NCBI GenBank assembly: GCA_964291405.2
Contig: OZ219926.1
Coordinates: 4,831,697-4,895,696 of the forward strand
Source of the DNA: Thermodesulfobacteriota bacterium
GTDB taxonomy: Bacteria > Desulfobacterota > Binatia > Bin18
DNA: 64,000 nt
Direction: 5' to 3'
The position numbers were made by a program, and so were the translations under genes. This document shows, piece by piece, positions 47,016-56,348 of the stretch. The notes below the pieces were generated by a model, which worked only from the letters and a program-made list of their open reading frames with translations, was not told where the DNA came from and did no database searches. Within the stretch, counting starts at the first letter, position 1; the number at the start of each line of letters is the position of its first letter.

Positions 47016-48701
47016 ATGGCCTACGACCTGCTCATTACAGACGCTCAGATTTGTGACGGCACTGGCGCGGCGCTCTTTCACGGTGCTGTCGGAGTCAAGG
47101 ATGGGGTTATCACCGACGTTGGCTCGGCGTCCGGACCGGCAACGCGGACAATCAACGCCGACGGCTGCGTGGTCGCACCGGGCTTTATCGATATCCATAC
47201 TCACTACGACGCGCAGGTATCCTGGGACCCGCTGCTCACCTGTTCGGGCTGGCACGGGGTGACCAGCGTCCTGATGGGCAACTGCGGGGTTGGTGTTGCG
47301 CCGTGTCGCCCGCAGGAGAAAGAGATTGTCTCGTGGGACCTGGTCAATGTGGAGGCCATGCCGCAAGAGGTACTGCTGAATGGCGTGGCCTGGGATGAGT
47401 GGGAGAGTTTCCCGCAGTATATGCAGGCCATCGGGCAACGCGGCACGGCCCTCAACGTGGGTTTTCTGGTGCCGTTATCCAGCTTTCGCTATTTTGTCAT
47501 GGGCGCCGAAGCCTCCGAGCGGGAGGCAACTGACGCAGAACTCACCCGCATGACCGCTCTTTTTCGGGAAGCCATGCAGGCCGGGGCGTATGGCTACTCG
47601 CTGAGCCTGCTTGACCAGCACATCGGCTACCAGGGCAAACCGCTGGCGAGTCGTATGGCCACCCAGAAGGAACTCTGCGCGCTCGGTCGGGTGATGCAAG
47701 AGCTGGGCAAGGGCGTCATCGAGATCGCGCTGACCCGGAGCGTGAGCGTGTTGACCGACGAAGAGTTGGCGTTGCTGCTGGCCATGGCCGAAGCCAGCCA
47801 GCGCCCGATCACCTGGCTGGCGCTCCTGGGACGGTCGGACAAACCCGGCGTCTACCGGTCGGCCCTGGACCGCCTGCAACCTTTCTTCGACAAAGGGCTG
47901 CGGATTCCACCCCAGGTTACCCCGCGCCCCATCCAGCAGTACTACACCCTCAAGGTGCCCTTTATCTTTGCCAGCCTGCCGTCGTGGAAGGAGGCGTTCA
48001 ATCGACCGGTTGCGGAACAGATCGCACTCTATCGGAAGCCGGAGTTCCGCGCGGCCTTTCGCCAGGACCTGCAAATAGGCGGCGCCATTTTCACCAACCA
48101 GTGGAATCAGGTTCACGTTGTCAAGGTGACGAAAGACCATAACACCCGGCATTTGAACAAAAGCATCGCGGACATTGCCGCGGAAACGCACAGCGACCCT
48201 GTTGATACGATCCTGGACTTGGCCATTGACGAAAACCTGGAGATGGGCATTACGCTCTCGGTCATCAACACCAATCCTGACGAAGTGCGTGAGCTGATCA
48301 CCCATCCCGACTGTCTCATCGGCCTGTCCGATGCTGGAGCGCATGTAGACCAGCATTGCGACGCCGGGGTGCCGACCTATCTGCTCGGGGAGTGGGTGAG
48401 AAAGCGCCAGGCCATGACGCTTGAGGAGGGCGTGCGCCGTCTGACCTCGGAGCCGGCCCGGTTCCTCAATCAGCCCAAGAAGGGCCGTATTGCCGCGGGC
48501 CTTGATGCGGACCTCGTCATTTTTGATCCCGAGACGATCGGTCCTCAGCCTCCCGAATGGGTCAACGATCTGCCGGGAGAAAAGCCACGCTTGATTGAAC
48601 GGGCCACCGGCGTCCAGCATACCATTGTCGGCGGCAATATCGTCTTTTCGGATAATATTCACCAGGGCGGGCTGCCCGGCGCGCTGCTCCAGCCGCTCTG
48701 A
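47016..48701 (+). CDS. N-acyl-D-amino-acid deacylase family amidohydrolase
   Basis: PGFIDIHTHYDAQ, HGVTSV.MGNCG, SDAGAH, ADLVIFD. Confidence 0.88.
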   Translation: MAYDLLITDAQICDGTGAALFHGAVGVKDGVITDVGSASGPATRTINADGCVVAPGFIDIHTHYDAQVSWDPLLTCSGWHGVTSVLMGNCGVGVAPCRPQEKEIVSWDLVNVEAMPQEVLLNGVAWDEWESFPQYMQAIGQRGTALNVGFLVPLSSFRYFVMGAEASEREATDAELTRMTALFREAMQAGAYGYSLSLLDQHIGYQGKPLASRMATQKELCALGRVMQELGKGVIEIALTRSVSVLTDEELALLLAMAEASQRPITWLALLGRSDKPGVYRSALDRLQPFFDKGLRIPPQVTPRPIQQYYTLKVPFIFASLPSWKEAFNRPVAEQIALYRKPEFRAAFRQDLQIGGAIFTNQWNQVHVVKVTKDHNTRHLNKSIADIAAETHSDPVDTILDLAIDENLEMGITLSVINTNPDEVRELITHPDCLIGLSDAGAHVDQHCDAGVPTYLLGEWVRKRQAMTLEEGVRRLTSEPARFLNQPKKGRIAAGLDADLVIFDPETIGPQPPEWVNDLPGEKPRLIERATGVQHTIVGGNIVFSDNIHQGGLPGALLQPL

Positions 48702-48707
48702 TGGAGC

Positions 48708-48738
48708 TGTCGGATTACGCTACGCGAATCCGACCTGC
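48708..48738. repeat. REP-like palindrome (GTCGGATTA..AATCCGAC family)
   Basis: TGTCGGATTACGCTACGCGAATCCGACCT; second copy at 61571. Confidence 0.7.
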
Positions 48739-48739
48739 G

Positions 48740-48767
48740 GGACTTGATCGACGTAAGCGACGCTCAT
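48740..48767 (-). pseudogene. PIN toxin remnant (first codons only)
   Basis: ATG overlapping the reconstructed antitoxin stop; MSVAYVD(T)S then runs into the REP. Confidence 0.5.
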
Positions 48768-49043
48768 GTGCCTCGCTCGGCGAGAAAGCGTCTGAGCGCG
48801 CCGCCTCGTCGCGCCACACCGCGCCTTGAGCGGTTGTCTTTTTCCACTGGGACGTGCCAGGAGACCCCGGCGTTCGTACTCCGTGAGACGCTCTTCGATC
48901 ATTTCCGGTCCCCGTTGGAACGGGCGAATCTCGGCCACGGGATCTCCACGATAAGAAACCGTGATTGTCTTTCCCTGACGCACCTGCCGGATGATCTCCG
49001 AGAATTGCGCCTTGGCTTCGTCAGTAGAATATGCGGATCGCAT
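48764..49043 (-). CDS. Phd/YefM family antitoxin (C-terminal frameshift)
   Basis: YS..EAKA.FSE....V..G..I....RG.PVA; shifted frame ends ..GGALRRFLAERGT* at 48764. Confidence 0.78.
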
Positions 49044-49060
49044 CGATGCAATATAACGAG

Positions 49061-49074
49061 CCAGACTAGTCTGG
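49061..49074. promoter_or_regulatory. Perfect palindrome, likely antitoxin operator
   Basis: CCAGACTAGTCTGG, 17 bp upstream of the Phd-like start. Confidence 0.6.
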
Positions 49075-49178
49075 TAAAATACTATTGCTCAAGCCACGAC
49101 AGGTGGATAAGAGCGGAGTGGGAGTGTAACCCACCCCCGTCGCTACGTGGCACAAAGAGGAGGGGAGAGGGGATGACA

Positions 49179-49913
49179 CTACTCGCGGCCAAAATGCTTG
49201 AAGATGCCGGTGTAGGCCTTCTTCTCCGGCGGGCGGTAGGTTTTATATTTGCTGGTGGTCTTGCCCAATTCGACCAGCGACTCGGCCATCTTGACGGCAC
49301 ACACCACGCCGTCGAGGACGGGTATTTCAAGTTCCCGCTCCAGCTCATCTGCAAACTGGGTAAACCCGGCGCAGCCGAGTAGAATGGCCTCGGCATCATC
49401 TTCGTCCCGCGCCCGGCGCGCTTCGATACGCAGCTTTTCGAGCGCCCCGACCGGGTCTTTTTCCACATCAAGTACATACAGGGGAGAGGTACGGATACTC
49501 ACTACTTTTTCCCGAAAGCCATACCCGGCGATCATTTCTTCGAGCATGGTGCGGGTCCGCGGAATTACCGTCACAATAGAGAAGCGTGCGGCCAGCATGG
49601 AGGCCATATACAGAGAGGCTTCGGCTATGCCGACAACCGGCTTGGTAGTGTATTCACGCGCTGCGTGCAAACCTGGGTCGCCATAACAGGCGATAATATA
49701 GGCGTCGCACCGCTCAGCCTCTCCCTTTTGAATTTCTTCGAGCAGGCCGGGGATGCTCAGGTAGTCATCGTAGTAGGACTCGATGGAGGCCGGCCCGAAT
49801 CGGGGGCTGACCGCTGTGATCCGGGTGCCCGGCCGGGCTACCGACTCACCGGCCGCACCGATTGCACGCGTCATTTCCTCGGAGGTGTTGGGATTGATGA
49901 TCTTGATCTTCAT
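49179..49913 (-). CDS. Hydantoin/allantoin racemase (Asp/Glu racemase family)
   Basis: IINPNTS..MT, IACYGDPG, LGCAG, DGV. Confidence 0.9.
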   Translation of the reverse strand: MKIKIINPNTSEEMTRAIGAAGESVARPGTRITAVSPRFGPASIESYYDDYLSIPGLLEEIQKGEAERCDAYIIACYGDPGLHAAREYTTKPVVGIAEASLYMASMLAARFSIVTVIPRTRTMLEEMIAGYGFREKVVSIRTSPLYVLDVEKDPVGALEKLRIEARRARDEDDAEAILLGCAGFTQFADELERELEIPVLDGVVCAVKMAESLVELGKTTSKYKTYRPPEKKAYTGIFKHFGRE

Positions 49914-51136
49914 GCCAGTCCTTTCTGCCGGGCCAATAGTGCCACCGTGTCAGCCAAAATATCTGCACCCAGACAGATATCTTCCGCACTGGTGTCCTCC
50001 GCGACATCGTGGCTGCGGCCGCCGATGCTGGGGATAAAAAGCATAGCGGTTGGGACATAGCGACTCAGGACCATGGCATCGTGCCCGGCTCCGCTGGGCA
50101 TACGCAGGGCCGGAACGGCCCGCTGCCGGGTCGCGGCCTCAAGGGTATCGACCAGGGTGGCGTCCATATCTGCCGGGGCGATACTCAGCAGATGGGCCAC
50201 CTCAGCGCTCACGCCCTGTTGCCCATGAAACGCGGCGACCGCTGCATTGATTTCAGCTTCCAGACGATCAAGCACTTCCGGCCGAGGATCGCGGAACTCG
50301 ACCAGGACCTGAGCCGAACTGGGCACGACATTACCGGCACCCGGTTCAAAAACAATATGGCCCAAATTCCATACGCTCAGCTCGCTGCCGGCATTTGCAA
50401 ACCGGTTGAGCAGTTCGGCGCAGAGACGAATCAGGACGGCCCCGGCGTCTTTGCGTAAATGCATGGGCGTTGTGCCGGCGTGGTCGGCCTGACCGGTACA
50501 GGTGATGCGGCTGCGGCGAATGCCGACGATGGCGGTCACCAGGCCGATTTTTTGTCCTTCGACCTCAAGCCGCGGCCCCTGTTCAATATGGCCTTCAAAA
50601 TAGGCTAGATGGCGACCCGGATCGATCCGGGCGCGGGGTTGTCCGGCGTACCCGGCTTCGGTTAGAGCGTGTGTGAGTGAGGCGCCGTGCGTATTTTTTG
50701 CGTCTTCAATATCCACGTCAGACAACTCGCCGCAAAACGACAAGCTGCCGGCCAGGGCCCGATACGTTCCTTCTTCATCGGCAAAGGAGATCACGTCAAC
50801 GCCGAGACCGGACAGGGCGTTCGATTCGTTCCGTGCTCGGGCGACCTCCAGGCCGTACAGCACCCCCATCGCGCCATCCAGCCAGCCGCCTTTTGGTACG
50901 GAGTCGGTATGTGAGCCAATCAGCACGGCCGTGTCCACCCCACGTGTCCGTCCGTACACATTCCCAATCCCGTCGATCTTCGCATCAAGGCCGGCCTCGC
51001 GCATCTGCTCGACCAGCCACTGCCGTGCGGCTCGATCTTCGGGCGTAAAGGACAGCCGATTCACCCCGGTGCCGACTTTTCCGAATTGGGCGAGCTGTGT
51101 GAGACTGTTCAGCAGGCGGGCGTGATTGAGTTGCAT
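49910..51136 (-). CDS. M20 Zn-dependent N-carbamoyl-amino-acid / allantoate amidohydrolase
   Basis: GSHTDSV..GG.LDG, DEEG, E.HIEQGP.LE, G.A.HAGTTPM, SGAGHDA. Confidence 0.9.
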   Translation of the reverse strand: MQLNHARLLNSLTQLAQFGKVGTGVNRLSFTPEDRAARQWLVEQMREAGLDAKIDGIGNVYGRTRGVDTAVLIGSHTDSVPKGGWLDGAMGVLYGLEVARARNESNALSGLGVDVISFADEEGTYRALAGSLSFCGELSDVDIEDAKNTHGASLTHALTEAGYAGQPRARIDPGRHLAYFEGHIEQGPRLEVEGQKIGLVTAIVGIRRSRITCTGQADHAGTTPMHLRKDAGAVLIRLCAELLNRFANAGSELSVWNLGHIVFEPGAGNVVPSSAQVLVEFRDPRPEVLDRLEAEINAAVAAFHGQQGVSAEVAHLLSIAPADMDATLVDTLEAATRQRAVPALRMPSGAGHDAMVLSRYVPTAMLFIPSIGGRSHDVAEDTSAEDICLGADILADTVALLARQKGLA

Positions 51137-51376
51137 GGATAGCACCTTATGGGAAAAGGCTATCTCACGGAAATACGAGAAAGTCCATCCCGCGCTTTCT
51201 GAGAGCGTCTCAGTGATCATGGCGAGAGGCCGCCAGGTTGACTTTTGTGATGTTTTGTTTAGGGAGTGGACTGTTGACCCGACGGCTGCAGGCTTCATAT
51301 ATCCAGCTCGGAATCACCCCAGTCTCGCCAAGAGGCATCGGGCAAAGCGTTTGGGGAGAACTTTGGAGGAATCGAC

Positions 51377-51793
51377 ATGACCGAAGAACAACACGACCGG
51401 GACAAAACGGCCATCGCCGAGCTGATCGCGCGGTATAATTTCGCTATTGACCACGAAGACTATCAGGGCTGGGCAGACTGCTTTGCGCCGGACGGTGTCT
51501 TTGACGGGGTGATCGGCAAATTTGACGCCCACCGGGAACTCGACCGCTTTACCGCCGAGGTCAAACGGCTGGCGGCCGAGAGTCCCAAGCTGCGCCACTA
51601 TGTGACCAATATTTTGACCGAGGTGGACGGCGATACGGCCCGCTCGAAGTGTTTTTTGCTGCTGACCTCAACCACCAAGGAGGGCGGCAGCCGGGTGGCC
51701 ATGGCCGGGGAGTACGAAGACCGGCTGGTCAGACATGAGGGTCAGTGGCTGTTTTCGTACCGCAAGGTCCATATTGACGGGGCGCTGGGATAA
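51377..51793 (+). CDS. SnoaL-like / NTF2 family protein
   Basis: D..AI.EL.ARY..AID, F..DG, RH...N, G.YED.L.R....W.F. Confidence 0.85.
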   Translation: MTEEQHDRDKTAIAELIARYNFAIDHEDYQGWADCFAPDGVFDGVIGKFDAHRELDRFTAEVKRLAAESPKLRHYVTNILTEVDGDTARSKCFLLLTSTTKEGGSRVAMAGEYEDRLVRHEGQWLFSYRKVHIDGALG

Positions 51794-51874
51794 GCGCGCC
51801 GCCCCTAATCGTCTCGGGGGTTATGTTTTTGACATAATGCATCAATTAGTCTCATCCTCTATAACGGGTAAAAC

Positions 51875-52159
51875 ATGTTGACGTATAAAGCCCTGTATAA
51901 ATTCCTCGACCACGGCGTCCATGCCGAAGTGTTGGATTTTCCGGGCACGATCACCTGTGGCGCAACCCTGGAGGAAGCTCGACGGTTGCTGGCAAGCGCC
52001 CTGGCGGACATGGCCGAGACGAATCTGCTACGGGGTGAGCCTTTACCCCAGCCCGACTCCTCACTGACCGATCCGGAGGCTGACATAGAAGAGCCTATTC
52101 ACCTGCTGTTGACTGCGGCGTCTCATGTCAGAGTCGTTCCTCAGTCGCCCGCACCATGA
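51875..52159 (+). CDS. hicB: HicB family antitoxin
   Basis: DFPGTITCG.TLEEA......AL, GEPLP.P. Confidence 0.8.
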   Translation: MLTYKALYKFLDHGVHAEVLDFPGTITCGATLEEARRLLASALADMAETNLLRGEPLPQPDSSLTDPEADIEEPIHLLLTAASHVRVVPQSPAP

Positions 52160-52344
52160 AACGGCGCGATCTGCCGCGACACTTGAGTCAGCACGGCTGT
52201 CGGTTCGTGCGGGAAGGGGGAGAACATTCGATCTGGGAGAATCCGGCCACCAATCGCCGGACTTCGGTTCCGCGTCATCGTGAGATTCTCGAATTCACGG
52301 CTGCGCGGATTTGCAAGCAACTCGACATCCCTGTGCCCTCATGA
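52156..52344 (+). CDS. hicA: HicA family toxin
   Basis: MKRRDL..HL..HGC...REGG.H..W.NP, VPRH.EI....A..IC.QL. Confidence 0.88.
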   Translation: MKRRDLPRHLSQHGCRFVREGGEHSIWENPATNRRTSVPRHREILEFTAARICKQLDIPVPS

Positions 52345-54141
52345 GCCTGTCTTCTGCTCGTGCCGAAGCTGCTCTGTCCCTTCACGGTCCAACTGCATCT
52401 CTTCGGTAATCACGACGCCATATTCGCGCCGGGCGGTGTCTCGGGTGTAGTATTCGTCCAATACATCCTCCAGGACCTGCTGCGGGTCACGCAGGTAGGG
52501 GTCGCCGTAGCCGCCGCCGGTAGCACCAATGGTAATCAGGCGCTCTCCGGCTTTGACGCTGCGATAGGGGACCTTTGAGGGCAGGGCGACTTCTTCGTGA
52601 TTGAGGGTCTTCAAGGTCAGGGTGCCGGGGATGCCCGTGCTGCCTCCGTCAAACCCCCAGGCGCCATAGACAAAACCGTCGGCCTCAACCGACGTGCCGC
52701 CGTCACTCAGATAATGCAGCTCCTTGATCGACCCCATACCGCCCCGCCACTGCCCGGGCGCACACGCATCCTCGCGTAGCTCGTAGCGTTCGACCCGGAG
52801 CGGCACGTGGGACTCAACGTCTTCAATGGGGTTATTGCGGGTGTTGGCATACAGCGTATCAACGGTGTCCATGCCGTCGTGACCGTACCGACCACCGTAG
52901 CTGCCCTCAAAAATTTCCAAATGCACCCAAGGGCTGTTGTTCTGCCGCATCCCACTTGAGGCAATGGCCTTGAGGTTGCCGATGCCGGCACTGACCTGGC
53001 GGGGAACGGCCTGGGCCAGGGCCTTCATGACGGTATCGCTTAAGACATTGCCGGTGACAAAACGGGCAATAGTCGGGGCCGGAAAAACAGGGTTGGCCAG
53101 CGTGCCGCGGGGCGCAATGATCTGAATGGGCCGGTAGAGTCCGGCGTTTTGCGGCAGGTCGCCGTAGATTTCGGTGTCGAGCAGGACCGAGCGCAGCACC
53201 AGCCAGATGGCGACGTCAACCGTGCCAATCAGTGGCATATTGATAGGCCGGTCCGATACCTGCGGCGCGGTGCCGGTCAGGTCTACGCTCAGCTCCGATC
53301 CGCTGACCGTCAGAGTCACGCAAATGGGCAGGTTACGCCGGCCCGGATCGGGATCGTCAATATAGCCATCCATATGGCCGGTGGCCGTATAGCTGCCATC
53401 CGGAATCTGGTCGATCGCCTGCCGCATCAAGCGCTCGGAGTAATCAAACAGGAAGGCACAGGCCGCTTCGACCGTGTGGAGCCCGTAGCGCTCGATGAGT
53501 TCGATATAGCGTTCAGCACCGATGCGACAGGCCGCGATCTGGGCCTCCATATCGCCCACCACCAGATCGGAGATGCGGATATTATCGCGCAACAACTGCC
53601 ACACCGCAGCGTTCCGGTTGCCCTGCTCATACACTTTGATCGCCTTGAACTGTAAACCCTCGGCATAGGCGTCAAACGCCTCGACAATGCCGGTGCTGCC
53701 CGGGGTCTGACAGCCGATATCGAGATGGTGGGCCGTGGTGACGGAAAAGCCGACGAGATCACCTCGATAGAAAACCGGCACGCAAAACCCGACATCCGGG
53801 CCGTGGCTGGCCCCGCCGTACGGGTCGTTATGCATGATAACGTCGCCGGGCAGGATGGACTCTCCCCGCTTGGCGAGCGCGTCGAGCATTCCGCGCACAT
53901 AGCCGGGAATAGGGCCGGACTGGAGGGGGGTGCTCTGCTTTGACTCGCATAATTGTTCGCCACGTGCATTAACCAGGGCCGTGCCGAAATCCTCGGACTC
54001 CCGAATAATGCTCGAATACGACATGCGCATGAGCTTATAGCCCATCTCCACCGCGATATTCTCCAACGCACCCAGGATGACGCTGGCCGTAATCGGATCA
54101 ATGTCGCGCCCTTCGGGGGCGTTGTCTGCTGGGGTTCTCAT
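52339..54141 (-). CDS. Hydantoinase B / 5-oxoprolinase family subunit
   Basis: DPIT, S.IIRESEDF, NDPY.G.SH.PD, H.LDIG, EGL, G..RGG.G, GGGYGDP. Confidence 0.9.
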   Translation of the reverse strand: MRTPADNAPEGRDIDPITASVILGALENIAVEMGYKLMRMSYSSIIRESEDFGTALVNARGEQLCESKQSTPLQSGPIPGYVRGMLDALAKRGESILPGDVIMHNDPYGGASHGPDVGFCVPVFYRGDLVGFSVTTAHHLDIGCQTPGSTGIVEAFDAYAEGLQFKAIKVYEQGNRNAAVWQLLRDNIRISDLVVGDMEAQIAACRIGAERYIELIERYGLHTVEAACAFLFDYSERLMRQAIDQIPDGSYTATGHMDGYIDDPDPGRRNLPICVTLTVSGSELSVDLTGTAPQVSDRPINMPLIGTVDVAIWLVLRSVLLDTEIYGDLPQNAGLYRPIQIIAPRGTLANPVFPAPTIARFVTGNVLSDTVMKALAQAVPRQVSAGIGNLKAIASSGMRQNNSPWVHLEIFEGSYGGRYGHDGMDTVDTLYANTRNNPIEDVESHVPLRVERYELREDACAPGQWRGGMGSIKELHYLSDGGTSVEADGFVYGAWGFDGGSTGIPGTLTLKTLNHEEVALPSKVPYRSVKAGERLITIGATGGGYGDPYLRDPQQVLEDVLDEYYTRDTARREYGVVITEEMQLDREGTEQLRHEQKTGS

Positions 54142-56216
54142 GCTGCCCCTCCTATCTGAATGAGCAGATTCCCGTGGGGGTCGAGCCGAAAGGTACAATC
54201 CGGCGGAACCACGGTGGTCGAGTCTGTTTGCAGGATGACCGCCGGACCGGTAACCACCTCTTCGACCGGGAGCTGTTCGCGTCGGTAAAAAGCAGTCTCC
54301 AGACTGCGCAGCTCATTCTGAACCCGAAACACCGACGGCTGGGTTTTGACCAACGCGGCCTGGAGCGAGCCTGAGCCGGATGAAGACGCGGCATGGATTC
54401 TCTGCGCCTGGCCAACTCCGACCAGACGGATGGTCACGATCTCAATCGGGCTGTCCACAAAGAAATGACCATACTCCAACTCGTGCTGCCGGTGAAAACG
54501 GTCAGTGATGCCGTCGAGCGCGGCGGCATCGAGCGGGCCTTCGGGTACGGTGACCCGCAACTCATAGCCTTGGCCGACATAGCGCACATCGGCAAAACGC
54601 GTGAACGTGACCGCGGCCTGGGCGATACCGTCATCGCTGAACTGCTGGTGCAATTCGTTTTGCATCTGCGTAAACGCCGTGTTGAGCCGAGACGGATCAA
54701 AATCGGTCGAGACCTGAAAGGCGGTCCGGGTCGCATCGTATTTGACATCCGTGGTGAGCAGGCCAACGGCCGAGGTGATACCGGGGTAGGGGGGGATGAT
54801 GCACTCCGGAATGCCCAGCAGGCGGGCGACCTCCGCGCCGTGGAGCGGACCGGCCCCACCAAAGGCCACCAGCGCATAGGCGCGCGGGTCTATGCCTTTC
54901 TGTACGGTGCGCGAACGTATGGCATTGGCCATATTGCTGTTGAGAATCGTGACGATCCCTTCGGCCGCTTCAAGCTCGGACATCCCAAGCTGGTCCGCCA
55001 GGGCCTGAATGGCCCGCCTGGCGACGGCTGCATCAAGCGCCATGGCACCGCCGAGAAAATTACCCGTGTCCAGCCGACCCAGGAGAATATTGGCGTCCGT
55101 GACCGTGGGCTGGGTCCCCCCGCGACCATAGGCCGCCGGGCCCGGCTGGGAGCCGGCGCTCTGCGGCCCGACGCGAAAACCGCCGCCTGGGTCAATCTGG
55201 GCAATGCTGCCGCCGCCCGCGCCAATGGTGTGGATGTCGATCATCGGGACCAGGACCGGATAGCCGGCTATCCAGGTATCGCGGGCCGTGGCCTCGCTGA
55301 ATTGCCCGTCCGTCACCACGCCGATATCGGCGCTGGTACCGCCCACATCAAAGGTAATGAGTCGGGTGCGCTGCGACCGCTCGCCTGTCCAGGCTCCGCC
55401 GAGCACGCCTGCGGCCGGGCCGGACAGTAAGGTCAGGGCGGGTTTTTGGGCAACCACCCGGGGTGTGGCCAGCCCGCCGTTGGAGCGAATAATACGCAGC
55501 TCGGCTCCAATCCCGGCGCGGCGTAAGCGCTGCTCCAATTGCGACACATAGCGGTGGACGGTAGGGCCGATAAAGGCGTTAATAGCCGTCGTGGTAAACC
55601 GTTCAAACTCACGGAACTGGGGGGAGAGGGCGGCCGAGGTGGTGACAAAGACCTCGGGGTATTCTTCGAGAATGATCTCACGAGCGCGATTTTCATGCTC
55701 GGCGTTGAGATACGAGAACAAAAAGCAGACGGCAATCGATTCCACTCCGGCGTCTTTGAGCTCACGGGCCGCCTGACGGACCGCGGCTTCATCTAACGGA
55801 ATCAGGACCTCACCATACGGCGGAACGAGCCGCTCCGGAACGCCCTTGCGATGGCGGCGGCGGACCAGGGGGCGATCCTGCCAGGGAATCTCCTGTTGGA
55901 TGGAGTAGTGATGGGGCCGCTGGTGACGACCGATGTGGAGAATATCGCGGTAACCCTGGGTGGTCATCATGCCCGCGGTCGCGCCTTTATATTCCAGCAG
56001 GGCATTGGTTGCGATCGTAGTCCCGTGGTAGATCAGAGCGATACTGTCGAGCGGGATGGTCTGGTGGTGGCACAGCTCGGTGATCGCGCGCATGACCCCT
56101 AGCGAAGGGTCATCTGGGGACGTCGGCACTTTATGGATGGCCAACCGGTCCGTCCGAGTGTCGGCAAAGACTGCGTCGGTGAATGTCCCGCCTACGTCAA
56201 CCCCAATGAGTCTCAT
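54138..56216 (-). CDS. Hydantoinase A / 5-oxoprolinase family subunit (ATP-binding)
   Basis: GVDVGGTFTD, HGTT.ATNA, SGPAAG, DVGGTS.D, IGAGGGS, FGGAGPLH. Confidence 0.92.
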   Translation of the reverse strand: MRLIGVDVGGTFTDAVFADTRTDRLAIHKVPTSPDDPSLGVMRAITELCHHQTIPLDSIALIYHGTTIATNALLEYKGATAGMMTTQGYRDILHIGRHQRPHHYSIQQEIPWQDRPLVRRRHRKGVPERLVPPYGEVLIPLDEAAVRQAARELKDAGVESIAVCFLFSYLNAEHENRAREIILEEYPEVFVTTSAALSPQFREFERFTTTAINAFIGPTVHRYVSQLEQRLRRAGIGAELRIIRSNGGLATPRVVAQKPALTLLSGPAAGVLGGAWTGERSQRTRLITFDVGGTSADIGVVTDGQFSEATARDTWIAGYPVLVPMIDIHTIGAGGGSIAQIDPGGGFRVGPQSAGSQPGPAAYGRGGTQPTVTDANILLGRLDTGNFLGGAMALDAAVARRAIQALADQLGMSELEAAEGIVTILNSNMANAIRSRTVQKGIDPRAYALVAFGGAGPLHGAEVARLLGIPECIIPPYPGITSAVGLLTTDVKYDATRTAFQVSTDFDPSRLNTAFTQMQNELHQQFSDDGIAQAAVTFTRFADVRYVGQGYELRVTVPEGPLDAAALDGITDRFHRQHELEYGHFFVDSPIEIVTIRLVGVGQAQRIHAASSSGSGSLQAALVKTQPSVFRVQNELRSLETAFYRREQLPVEEVVTGPAVILQTDSTTVVPPDCTFRLDPHGNLLIQIGGAA

Positions 56217-56256
56217 GCGTCGCTCCCGAGGGTTACTCTAGCGAGTTTCTTCCGGC

Positions 56257-56306
56257 TTGACAAAAGACCGGCCCGTATCGTATGAGCTTGGAATGAACAT
56301 TCACTC
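56257..56306 (+). promoter_or_regulatory. Putative promoter and TetR-type operator between divergent hyuA and tetR
   Basis: TTGACA at 56257; imperfect palindrome GAATGAACATTCACTC at 56291-56306. Confidence 0.5.
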
Positions 56307-56348
56307 AGTTTCTGTCGCGCACCGGACACTGGCGAAAGGCGCTCCGCA

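Noticed and set aside
51829-51865. Sigma70 promoter for hicBA (TTGACA...TATAAC)
   Set aside because: Spacer is 25 bp, too long
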